Below the pieces are notes generated by a model, which saw only the letters and a program-made list of their open reading frames with translations, was not told the origin of the DNA and did no database searches. Shown one piece after another: positions 54,175 through 64,000 of a stretch of DNA of 64,000 bases. Origin of the DNA: Flectonema sp. DT1601 (Eukaryota); contig OZ025784.1 in NCBI GenBank assembly GCA_964019425.1, forward strand, positions 372,001 through 436,000, read 5' to 3'. Position 1 is the stretch's first letter. Each line of letters starts with the position of its first letter. The translations under genes and the position numbers were made by a program.

Positions 54175-56622
54175 TTAATCAAATGAATTACTTCCCGATG
54201 GAGAATTCGAATCAGGTGGAGAATCAGAGCAGCTGTCAGCTGTGTCTGGACTGTCGTCTTCAAAGTCATCACTCTCATCTCTGTTGGGAGGTTGTAGAGC
54301 TGCTTGTTCTTGTTCTTGAGCGACTAGCCAAACGGGAAGTTGAACGTCTTCACCTAAAGAAGATTTGTAATGATGTCGAAGTACTTCCTTACGAGTTGAA
54401 TCAGGAAGTCTTCCTAGCAAGGAATCTATTACTTTCTGAAGTGAGGATATCATCACAGAGTCAGTTACAACTTTTCTCTCCTCAAAAGTCAAATCCTGAC
54501 AAAGAGCTGTCGCAACGTCGACAATTTCATCATCAGGTGATTTCGGAAGTAGATCTTCAGCATTGCAATCTTGTAGCTCCGATTTGTAAGTTTCGTAAAC
54601 CTTTTCTTCTAACCAATTAGCAAAATGACATCCACAAATAAAATTATCATACAACCTCAAAACAGACTTCCTACCTCTCTTAAATAATTTGCTACAATAA
54701 CCCTTCTCATACACATGGTCTCGAAAATCAGATGTGCTGACAGTTTTTCTAAATGCCGCAGGTTTTTGTAGAAGAGAGCAGTTTAGAGAAGACCAAATCT
54801 TATCAAAACAGGCTTGAAGTGGTTGTAGAAATCCACATGTTAACTCAACGAAATGAGCTCGTAGAATACCTGTATTAACTTGATCCATGGTGGCTACGTC
54901 ACCAGTAAGTACAAGTTGTGATAAAACTGAATTACATTTCTCAGCGCAGTCATCTACTACGAAGTGTCTTTCACTTATAAAAGTTTCATGAAAATCAGAT
55001 AAAAGTCTTTCTCTCGCGTGTTTTTTTCGTGTTTTAGTAATATCATTTCTCGGTTCCTTTGAACTTCTGTCATTCGGATGTAGAGACATAATGTGTGGCC
55101 ATACTTTAAGAACTTTCACAAAGTAAGGATTTGTGACTCCCAGAATGGGACCTTTTCGGGTGAAGGGAAAATCATCAGAGGTGCCGTACTTTGAAATAGT
55201 TCTAAAATCGACATCCTGAACTGAGAAATACGGACGAAAATCAGCGCAACTAGTTATTGGATGTATCAACGAAGTCACAGCTAACACAGCAGAACTTGAT
55301 AAAGTAGGTGACTGAGAGAGAATACAAAGTGGTTCCCCTAATAAACTCAGTTCCCACAGCTTCCATAATTTTCTAAGACTTCGTGCGAAAGTACTGTACA
55401 GAGGAACTTCACCAAATAGGTACTTTGTACCATTTAACCTATCGAGTAGTCTGGCTTTATCATTTCCTTCACTTGGAGTTAGACTGAGTTCACGTGTTCT
55501 GATATCATGGGCAACTCTTCGTTTATGTTTTGGAGATAAGATATCTCTTCTACTACAGTTAAGTGCAGTAACTTTAGATGTTACGGTAAACTTTGGTGCA
55601 TGCCAATGGATTTGAGTTGATAAGAATGGAAATACATATTCTGAACAAGCTTCCGGATGAGACCAGGTTGACATTTCTGACAATGTATCCTGTAATAGTT
55701 GATAGCGAGGTTCAAAGTGTTGTGGATACAGACCAACAACAGATGCAACTATTAATAAACTACCCAGACATGCTGCTTGTGCTGCTTCTTGATCATCTGC
55801 TCCAAAGTCTGATAAGAAACAAATTGAAGTAGCTGAAGGAACAGGAGATCCAACAATAGGAACTGGAAACAATCCCGAGAGTGTTTGTGATTTCAAAGCG
55901 TTATACGTTAAGACTGGTTGAATGGATGTTGAAGTTGAAGTACTTTTTGTAGTAATTGGAGTCGGGCTTATTGGACACAATGAAAAGTATGTCTTCGCTA
56001 CATTCTTTACAACCTGCTCAAGTAGCGATGCAAACGGCCACCTCGATAATAATATAAGTGAATGTTGCACGCAGCCTCTTGCGACGGATCCGTCGGCTTT
56101 TTGTCGAAAATAAACGTAGCCGTAGTCAAATTTTACTTTTGACTGAGGCCTACGAACTTTTATCACATAACACGTATCGTTTATAATATGACTGTTGCTA
56201 TCTGGAAATCCCAAGTAGCATAGTTCTTTCTCTTGTTCTTTGGTAAGTGCTCCCTCCGGAATTACTTTTTCGACCACCTGACCAGCTTCAAGATCAAACT
56301 TCACAACAACAAATGCGAGTGCCCATGGGCTACTGTAGCTAGAGAACCACCACGATCTGTCTGGATTCTGAACTAAAGTTTGACTATTCCTTCCTGCATT
56401 AGAAGGGTTGATTCCTGTGTTTGCACTTGTTGGAGCAATAGGCGCTACAATTTCTTGTTTTTGACCTTCAACTGCCGGTCCCCTTTTAAATAACTTTTTA
56501 ACTTGTGCGAATCGACCTTCTTGTTCTTCTCCAATCGGTGATCCTCCTTCTAGTGAGGATGGTGGGGGTTCAACTTCTTCTTTGCTTTCCCGTTTTCGGA
56601 AAAGTTTATTTAATCCCTTCAT
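54175..56622 (-). CDS. DENND6: DENN domain protein 6 (FAM116)-like Rab GEF
   Basis: VVKFDLEAGQ, LCYLGFPDSNS, YGYVYFRQ..D....RG..Q.SLILLS, LWELSLLGEP, DFRPYF, ILGVTNPYF. Confidence 0.9.
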   Translation of the reverse strand: MKGLNKLFRKRESKEEVEPPPSSLEGGSPIGEEQEGRFAQVKKLFKRGPAVEGQKQEIVAPIAPTSANTGINPSNAGRNSQTLVQNPDRSWWFSSYSSPWALAFVVVKFDLEAGQVVEKVIPEGALTKEQEKELCYLGFPDSNSHIINDTCYVIKVRRPQSKVKFDYGYVYFRQKADGSVARGCVQHSLILLSRWPFASLLEQVVKNVAKTYFSLCPISPTPITTKSTSTSTSIQPVLTYNALKSQTLSGLFPVPIVGSPVPSATSICFLSDFGADDQEAAQAACLGSLLIVASVVGLYPQHFEPRYQLLQDTLSEMSTWSHPEACSEYVFPFLSTQIHWHAPKFTVTSKVTALNCSRRDILSPKHKRRVAHDIRTRELSLTPSEGNDKARLLDRLNGTKYLFGEVPLYSTFARSLRKLWKLWELSLLGEPLCILSQSPTLSSSAVLAVTSLIHPITSCADFRPYFSVQDVDFRTISKYGTSDDFPFTRKGPILGVTNPYFVKVLKVWPHIMSLHPNDRSSKEPRNDITKTRKKHARERLLSDFHETFISERHFVVDDCAEKCNSVLSQLVLTGDVATMDQVNTGILRAHFVELTCGFLQPLQACFDKIWSSLNCSLLQKPAAFRKTVSTSDFRDHVYEKGYCSKLFKRGRKSVLRLYDNFICGCHFANWLEEKVYETYKSELQDCNAEDLLPKSPDDEIVDVATALCQDLTFEERKVVTDSVMISSLQKVIDSLLGRLPDSTRKEVLRHHYKSSLGEDVQLPVWLVAQEQEQAALQPPNRDESDDFEDDSPDTADSCSDSPPDSNSPSGSNSFD

Positions 56623-57460
56623 ACTTTCTGCGAGGGCTGTGAGGGGATATAAACCTTATTGGGATTATTGTAAATAAAAAAAAATGATTACGTCTGTCTA
56701 GGAACCAGCTGAGCACATTTTCTGAGTGGGGAAATTCAATAAAATTATTAGAACTCGTCAACAACACAAATAAAACCCTTACCCCAAAGTTTACGTAAAA
56801 CGATACACAAAGGGGTAAAAAACATCGAAGAGGTTGAATTTATTTTTTTTCTTTTTTAATTTTTCTAATTTCTTTTATTTTTATTTTTTTATTTTCTTTT
56901 TTTTTTCTGTTGAAAAACAACTAAAGAAACAACCCTGTTGTCCCGTAACCGGGAGAAACTGATGGCAAGTAGTGGGTCAGACACCAGTGTGTTTGTAAAA
57001 AAGACAGACAACTTGGATTACGTTGAACCACATTTTCAATTCTACATTACTAGAACGGGTTTATAGTTTGGGAAGATACAATAAAAGTGATTTAAACACA
57101 TCACAAAAAGGCTGCTTATACTTGTATCATTCTAGCAGGCAACCATGTGTGAGAATGTCTTCATCACTATTTTTTTTTTTTTTTTTTTTTTCCTTTTTGA
57201 ATAAAGATAGAAGAGGGATGAGTTTATAAATGCCTCGGAGAAACTAAAGGATATCAGTCACCCGGTACCACAACTATGAGACTCTCACAGCCGTGAATTG
57301 ACCCGTAAGTAGACGACTATGAAAAGTAGCAGTTCTTTCGCCATTACATTTTCAGTACTGAGGATGACCCCCAACGAATTCAAAATATGATGATGAAGAG
57401 GCTTGTGTGTTTTTTTTTGTTTTTTTTGTTTTTTTTTGTCATGAGTAGTTTTTGACAAGA

Positions 57461-57493
<33 letters not shown>

Positions 57494-58817
57494 AGGAATG
57501 AAAAATAATAATTTGGTAGTAAAATTCTAAGCCTACTAACGAAAACCGAAAGTGGCGACCCTATATTACCGCGGAAGAATAACCGTTGGATAGAGTTGCC
57601 TTCTCAATTGTAAGACGTAAGCAGGTTCAAGAATGCAAAAAAAAGAAAATAATAACACGGAAAAAAAAAAAAAAAAAAATCGCTCTTTTTGTCGGTCAAA
57701 TTTAAAATAAAGAAACATATCCATTCCCCCACCCTATCTAGTCAGCTTCAGTTCATTTACCAAATTAGGATTACCATTCGGATGCTGAGTAGAATGATGC
57801 TAATAAATTATTGAGCAAAGCCACATTTTTACAAGTACATCTCTTTTCAGTTTGTTACCTGCTAGCTTCAACAGTTCAACAGGAGGGGGAAAAGTGAATG
57901 TCAAAAAAAAAGAAAAAAAAATACCAACAGGAAGACCATGCAGGTTACAGAAAATTTTTAAAAAAAACCGACAAAGGGCAATGCGGATTACAGTGAAATA
58001 AAATAAAAATAAAGCATCACCATTTTTGTAGGAAGAGAGCCGTACAAAAAGCAGGATTAGCGAATTAATTAATTACCCCCCAGTAGGGAAGCAGGCGATT
58101 AGATTTATTTATTTTTTTTTTTTTTTTTTTTTCTTCTTTTTTTCTTTTCATCTTTTCTTTTCAACCGTTGAAGAGAGGAAGGGACAACATCAAACTGCTT
58201 GCGCATACTATTATTAAGCCTAAGAAAAAAGATACAAAACAGTGCGCTGCAAAGCAACTTAACTTTGTTGAACAAAACAAAAAAAAAAAATTGACACCAG
58301 AGCCTCCCACCGTCTGTCCCACATTTGAGAGACTTGAAGGAAAGTAAACCATACAAGATAACACAGGTGTGAAACATCTCACTGCAAAAGTTTTTTTTTT
58401 TTTTTTTTTTTCTAGTTACTCAGGAATTACGTCAGCTTGAATATTAAACTAGAATTAAAAAAAAAAAAAAAAAAAAAAAATTCTTTTACCACAAGAAGCT
58501 CTTGTGGTAAAAAAAGCCATGCCAAATATTCAGTTAAATTGAGAGGAATCTTTGATTTATTATTATTGGTATTTTTTTTCATAAGTTTTTTTTCAAAAAA
58601 AAGGAACAAAAGAATGGGAAAAAAAGGGGAAAAAAAAGAACCTACCAGGGTGTAAAACCCATCTCAATCTCAACCCACCGTATGTATAGATTTCCTTGGC
58701 GTAATTGCTGAAACAACAGCAGGAGCAGATTCGCAGTACAGGAATTTTTCTGTTATTGAGATGTTAGGCAGATCTAATATTTATTCTTTTTTTCATTCCT
58801 TAAAAATAATCATAACT

Positions 58818-59537
58818 CTAACATGAGCAAGAAGAATTGCAACAAGAAGACGTATTACACGACGAAGAGATACCGCTTTCACTTCCAGTAAAGTCATCCT
58901 CGACATCTGAAAAGTCATCAAGGAGGTCTGGGAGTGGCTTGAATGTTGAATTAATCCAAACAGAAGAACGTCCCTTACGGCCACCATAGAAGTCAGGGTG
59001 GTCATCAACCTGTGGAGAATGTATAAAGTGAGAACCATATGGCATAGCATCAACAACATGAACTAATGATTGAGCGAGTTCAAGAGTAGATAGCTGAACG
59101 TAAATGTGATGAACTTTCTTTGAACGTTGGCTTTGAATTCCAATCAATTCGATGTCATCACTCCACTCACTTAACGCTGAAGACATTACAATATCAACAG
59201 CACCTTGAAGGGTTAATGGCTTTCTCTCTTTTCTTGAATCTCTCATCGAGAGAACCAACACTTTTGAACTGCGAATGTCTGCTCCGAATTCAGTTTCAAT
59301 AATTTTATGTTTGGTTCTCAAGTCCTCTTCAAATTCTTCCCTAACTTCACCAGTGAAATATATCTTTCCGAGAAGTGAGAATCTCGCTAATACCCTACAG
59401 TTACGTACCATATCTTTTAATGTTTCTATTTTAAAATCATCGCTAACATCAATCATCCAACATGACTCTGCAGGAGCTCTGTTTACGAGACGCTGCTTCT
59501 TGCTGACGGACTTTGAGATGTCTGAAGTCTGAACCAT
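58818..59537 (-). CDS. ~239-aa hypothetical protein
   Basis: ORF on the cluster strand with protein-like composition; probable ATG at 59537 (MVQTSDISK) after a pyrimidine tract. Confidence 0.7.
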   Translation of the reverse strand: MVQTSDISKSVSKKQRLVNRAPAESCWMIDVSDDFKIETLKDMVRNCRVLARFSLLGKIYFTGEVREEFEEDLRTKHKIIETEFGADIRSSKVLVLSMRDSRKERKPLTLQGAVDIVMSSALSEWSDDIELIGIQSQRSKKVHHIYVQLSTLELAQSLVHVVDAMPYGSHFIHSPQVDDHPDFYGGRKGRSSVWINSTFKPLPDLLDDFSDVEDDFTGSESGISSSCNTSSCCNSSCSC

Positions 59538-60096
59538 TGTTTTTGTTGTGGTTTGTTGTGTTTTATAAATAAACTGTGAAAGTAGTAGTATACACATATT
59601 TTTTTTGATTTTTTTTTTTTTTTTTTTCAAAAAAAAACAATTGAGAACACCAGAGAAGGTAGTCTTCTGATTAAATATAATAAAATGATCTGGTGATCAC
59701 AAAACAAACAAACGAACAAAATAAAAAAAACAAAAAAATAATTTCAGAGCTCACGATGTATCCTCCAAGAGGCCCGCTAAGCACGTTAGTGAGAAGTAGA
59801 TTTATACAGAAAAACTTGCTGGAAAAAAAAAAAAAAAGAATAAAGAGAAAGAGAAACAAGACGGCTCCTCAAAATTAAAACATAAATTTGCGATTAAGTA
59901 CACTAATTTTGTTTTGTTTGCGTTGCCAATATTACTTTGCGCCTAAAATAAAAGATTTTCTCGGTACAAAAAAAAAATAAGTAAACAAATCGCTAAATAC
60001 CTCGCATCCGGTGAAGCTAATCATCGGACGCAAAAAAAAACCATTCATACACATAACCGGTAATAAAACAGGTAGAAAAATTTATTGATTAATTAA

Positions 60097-60203
60097 TGCG
60101 TCAGTGTAGTGCGCGTGCAGCCTAGGACATTTAGGAGCATCACAGACCTGCTATTGGCTCGCTCTTACGCGTGCTGAAGGCGCACACAGTCCCCTTAAGA
60201 AGG
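60097..60203 (-). rRNA. Orphan ~105-nt fragment of SSU (18S) rRNA
   Basis: Reverse complement reads CTTCTTAAGGGGACT...CAATAGCAGGTCTGTGATGCTCCTAAATGTCCTAGGCTGCACGCGCACTACACTGA, the conserved SSU block after V7. Confidence 0.9.
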
Positions 60204-60276
60204 GCGGCACTGTCTTGGAAAAAGGACGTAGAACGCCTTGACTCAGGTGATAATGAGAATTATATTTCAATAAACA

Positions 60277-60603
60277 TCATCTCAACAGCCATCCACAATT
60301 GCAGCAATGCCGTGACGGGGGTTCAGTAGAAACCCCACAAGCAACACAACGGTCTTGCCCACGGACCACGGGTGAATCTAAACAGCCTTGCACACTCACG
60401 CATGATGATGCTTTTAAAGAAGGGGATTCCAATACCGCCGACTCACCTGGAGATTTCAACGGACTCTTAACAGAGACTACCGGAGGCGTTTGTATTCGCT
60501 CAATAACTTTAGGTATTCTCCTTTTAGATTTTTTTTGAACAGTTTCATTGATGTTTATTGTAACAGTAACTCCGGTAGGTATTTCGGTACTTGACTTTAA
60601 CAT
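60277..60603 (-). CDS. 108-aa protein with C-terminal CxxC..CxxC zinc ribbon
   Basis: RCVACG...HCCNCGW; ATG follows a pyrimidine-poor/A-rich leader; similar to the tail of the neighbouring WW protein. Confidence 0.7.
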   Translation of the reverse strand: MLKSSTEIPTGVTVTININETVQKKSKRRIPKVIERIQTPPVVSVKSPLKSPGESAVLESPSLKASSCVSVQGCLDSPVVRGQDRCVACGVSTEPPSRHCCNCGWLLR

Positions 60604-60613
60604 TTATGTTGTT

Positions 60614-60646
<33 letters not shown>

Positions 60647-60888
60647 CCTTAAAAAGAGATTGACATTACAAAACAACACCTTAGACCTACTTCCCGTGTA
60701 TTAATTAATATATCCATAATTACTACTTCACCTGACTTGCTGAAGATAACAATAAGATAGTTGTCTTGTAGTAACAAATAAAGAGGGGATCAGAAATCGC
60801 TACAGTTGCAGTTAAAAAAAATAAGAAGGGAGATACAGACATAAGGAGCGTACATGTGGGAGACAAGCGATGTTAAAAAAAAAAAGAG

Positions 60889-60930
<42 letters not shown>

Positions 60931-61276
60931 GGTGTTCTTGTTTTTTTTTTTTTTACACCTTTATTAGCCGTCTAGATGTAATTTTTCACTGTGGGAGTGA
61001 AATGAAAAGTCTTTTTTTTTTTTTTTTTTTTTGCTTTTTTTTGACAAACTTAATAATATTTAAAGATGTCGCACCCAACTGCAACTGGAATAGTCGAAAA
61101 CTTAGGGGGAAAAAAGGGGAAAAGGGAAAAAAAAAAAAAAACATAAAATATAGGGGTAGTACAACAAAGGGATAAACAAATTGGGAGAGAAAACAGATTC
61201 GGGAAATTAAAAAAAAAGAAAATAATTCTTCGCCGATGTTTTTTTTTACTAAAGCCGATCATATTCTTTCGGCTGT

Positions 61277-61315
<39 letters not shown>

Positions 61316-61701
61316 CATCTAAGACTCGATTTATAGTAGCCTTGCTTCCTGAAGGTCACAAACCCATATCACGATTGCCCTTTTTTTTTTTTTTTTGACA
61401 ATTTATTATTTTTTTGTTTTTACAAAAAGTAAAAATTTCAGCACACACACACACTACTGAATAAACAGAAGATGGAGAAACACACTCGACAGACCAAGAA
61501 AGTTAACCGCCTAGTGCAAATAATTCCTATATTCGTTTTAAAACGATGTATGCTGTAGGCATGATATAAAGATATAAAGGCTATTTTAGTTTCCTTTTTC
61601 CTTTTTTCTTTCTGTAACACAGGAAAGAAAAAAGAAAAAAAAAAAAAAGAGGGAAAAAAAAAAAAAGAAAAAAAAAAAGAATTACTCGGTTATTGTTACA
61701 T

Positions 61702-64000
61702 TTAAGGGCTTCTGTGAACAACTTCGGGAACGACAGTCTTCCAGCTGTTTGGGGTTTTTTTTTATTTATTTGTTGTTTTTATATTTCTAAGCACACAAAA
61801 AAAGAAAATCACAAGGCAAAAAACATACCCGCAATTGTGACAGAAAGCTGATCCCGAAGCGAGTGACGTACCACATGCTCTGCATCTCTGTGATGATTAC
61901 AGTGATGAATTATTTATAAAAAAAGATAAAAAAAATAAACATAAAACAACGTCAACAAAGACATACAGCGGATATTTGAACTGGGGAACCAGGTCCTAAA
62001 CTACCTCCTCGTACAGCAACGCGGGGTGGAGATCCAGGGATGCCTTCCACAACTACTGTGGTGATCGAATTAATTGGGGGGACTATAATTGGAGATCCGA
62101 CTCTATCGTCTGGAAGTAGTTCCTGAAAGTGACCAGATGACGGTGTGACTAAAGGCTCTACAACTACTTCACCTCCACCAGGACCACTCGGTGGTTGAGG
62201 AATAGCATTTGGAACGCTAGTCGGTATCATTACTGGTGTTGTTCCAGGTGTTTGAGCTGCAGCTTTTACTTCAGAAGGTGGATGTGAAACAGTTTGATGT
62301 ACCTCTTCAATGATGACACTATCAACTCCAGGAGTTGGTTGTATTGGTGAATCTTGAACTATACTTTCTGCCTTCCTGTTATCAGGTATTTGCATATCGA
62401 TACTACTTTGATCAATCACAGGTTCTACTTCTACAGGAACTCCTACCTGATCAACTACAGCGGGAATATCCTCAACAGGGACGTCCATTACTAAATTAGC
62501 TTCAGTTGCTGGTGTAGCTTCGCGGCTTGCAGCAGGAGTACCACCCTTCTTCTTATCAACGTTGATATTAATATTTATTAAAAGAGGCTTTCCTGCAGAT
62601 GCCTGAGGTCTCTTCCAGTGGCTCTTACTCGTTGCAATGTTGTAGAAGTAAGGTCTTCCTTCAGGTGTGTGATAGCATTTCCATCCTTCAGGTAGTTTGT
62701 CCAGATTGTTATTTGGATCGATGACTGCATTTGATGGCTGTCGATGAGGTTGTTGATGAGGTGACTTAGCAGAAGGCAGAGATGGGGTTTTATTAACTGG
62801 ACTTATCGGAGGTGGGAATCCATTAGGATCAGCGAGGTTACCTTGAACAATACTATAATTAGTTGACACTCCTGACACTCGACGTTCAGCAAGGTACGGA
62901 TCAGAGTTGAGTGGAGTAGTTCGAGGGGCACCACCTGATGATGCAGAAACTCCGTAGTTTCCTAAATTCCAATCTTGTTGATCTAAATCTATCGCTTGAG
63001 ATTCAACATCGATCGTATTTATATAACATCCTTTGGTATCACTTCCATTTGAAGGTGTTTGTTTTGGTCCATCAGACTGCGCGGATTGAAATCTCTGTGG
63101 AGGTGGTCCTCCTGCACTTACCTGCTGCTGAACTGGTGCTGCCGGTAATCCGGATTCCGCAGCCTGAAGTAATCCTCCCTGAAGCTGTTCAACTGGTGTT
63201 TCAAAAACATCGTCGTCAACACTTCTTACGTTATTTCTTAACATTAATTCTAAGTCTTCATTATGTTGAAGTACTTCTTGTTGTCTGATTGATAAATCTT
63301 TTACTATCCTCATTATGTCACTACTCAATGTTGGCCAATCAACATCATCGCCAATCGGATGAGAACTTGAAAATGGAGGAGGAGGAATAGTAGTAGAAGT
63401 AGACGTCCTATTAGTGACGTCATGTCCATTTGATTGAGCAGCAATACTTTGAAGAACGAGTGCATGAAGATCAGTCGGTTGTTGAATAGGAGGAAGTTGT
63501 TTTGATAAAGGAATATCCCAGGCATCGATTCCTTTCCCTTCTGCTGATCTAACTGTCGCAGCAGCCAGTTCTGCGAAGTGAATTGGAACTCCAAGCGGCT
63601 GAGCACTCGGTGTTACTGCAAGTGATTGCCCAATTCCTCGACTACTACGGCTACTCTTTCTTGATAGTGATGGTTGCTGTTGTTGCTGACCTCTAAGAAC
63701 TGCAATAATATGATTCACTAACTCTGACTCTGACAATACTTTTTTCCCAGACTGTGAAGGTTGTGACTGCGTAAGATGAATAGCCTGATTTGGGAGAACA
63801 CTATCAGGCCGCGCCATACTTTCTGTACACATTGGAGCAGCAACAACATCGTAGTGTGACAAAGTATTCATCGGTGGCGGTGGTGGAGGCGGTGACGGAA
63901 TAGGGCTCCAGTTTTTCCGCTTCTCAGAAGGCGAGATGCTCGCTCTGTTAACGGATTTCAACTCTCCGTTTACGCGGGTTAATTCCTGTTGAAGTCTTCC
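61702..64000 (-). CDS. Pro-rich WW-domain protein with C-terminal zinc ribbon, 5'-partial; exons >=64000-61967, 61887-61829, 61744-61702
   Basis: LPEGWKCYHTPEGRPYFYNIATSKSHWKRP (WW). Two GTATG...CAG introns add RCRACGTSLASGSAFCHNCG|WKTVVPEVVHRSP*. The frame stays open to the window edge. Confidence 0.88.

Overview
AT-rich eukaryotic protist DNA, most likely a euglenozoan and probably a diplonemid (inference). Three observations support this. All ~22 host genes from 4.8 kb to the window end lie on the minus strand in one directional cluster. Short spliceosomal introns share a GTRTG donor. The rRNA fragments carry euglenozoan-like signatures. Recognisable genes: PACRG, an ASNSD1-like protein, a DHHC-type palmitoyltransferase (DHFC variant), a G8/fibrocystin-like receptor fused to a MAP3K-type kinase, a PTB/hnRNP-L-like RRM protein, EXO1, a bromodomain protein, a thioredoxin-like membrane protein, a sulfatase, a PHO80/CYC2-like cyclin, a GT77-like glycosyltransferase, DENND6 and a WW/zinc-ribbon protein. 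The first 4.3 kb is a mosaic of relics: CRE-type RT, the 28S rRNA 5' end with a 209-bp duplication, LINE RT/RNase H, and piggyBac. The most interesting unexplained signal is a ~270-330 nt element present twice, once filling the PACRG intron and once intergenic at 25.2-25.6 kb. The copies have conserved ends, unrelated middles, a terminal hairpin and a long-range stem with a compensatory base change. All calls are by eye; no database searches were run.
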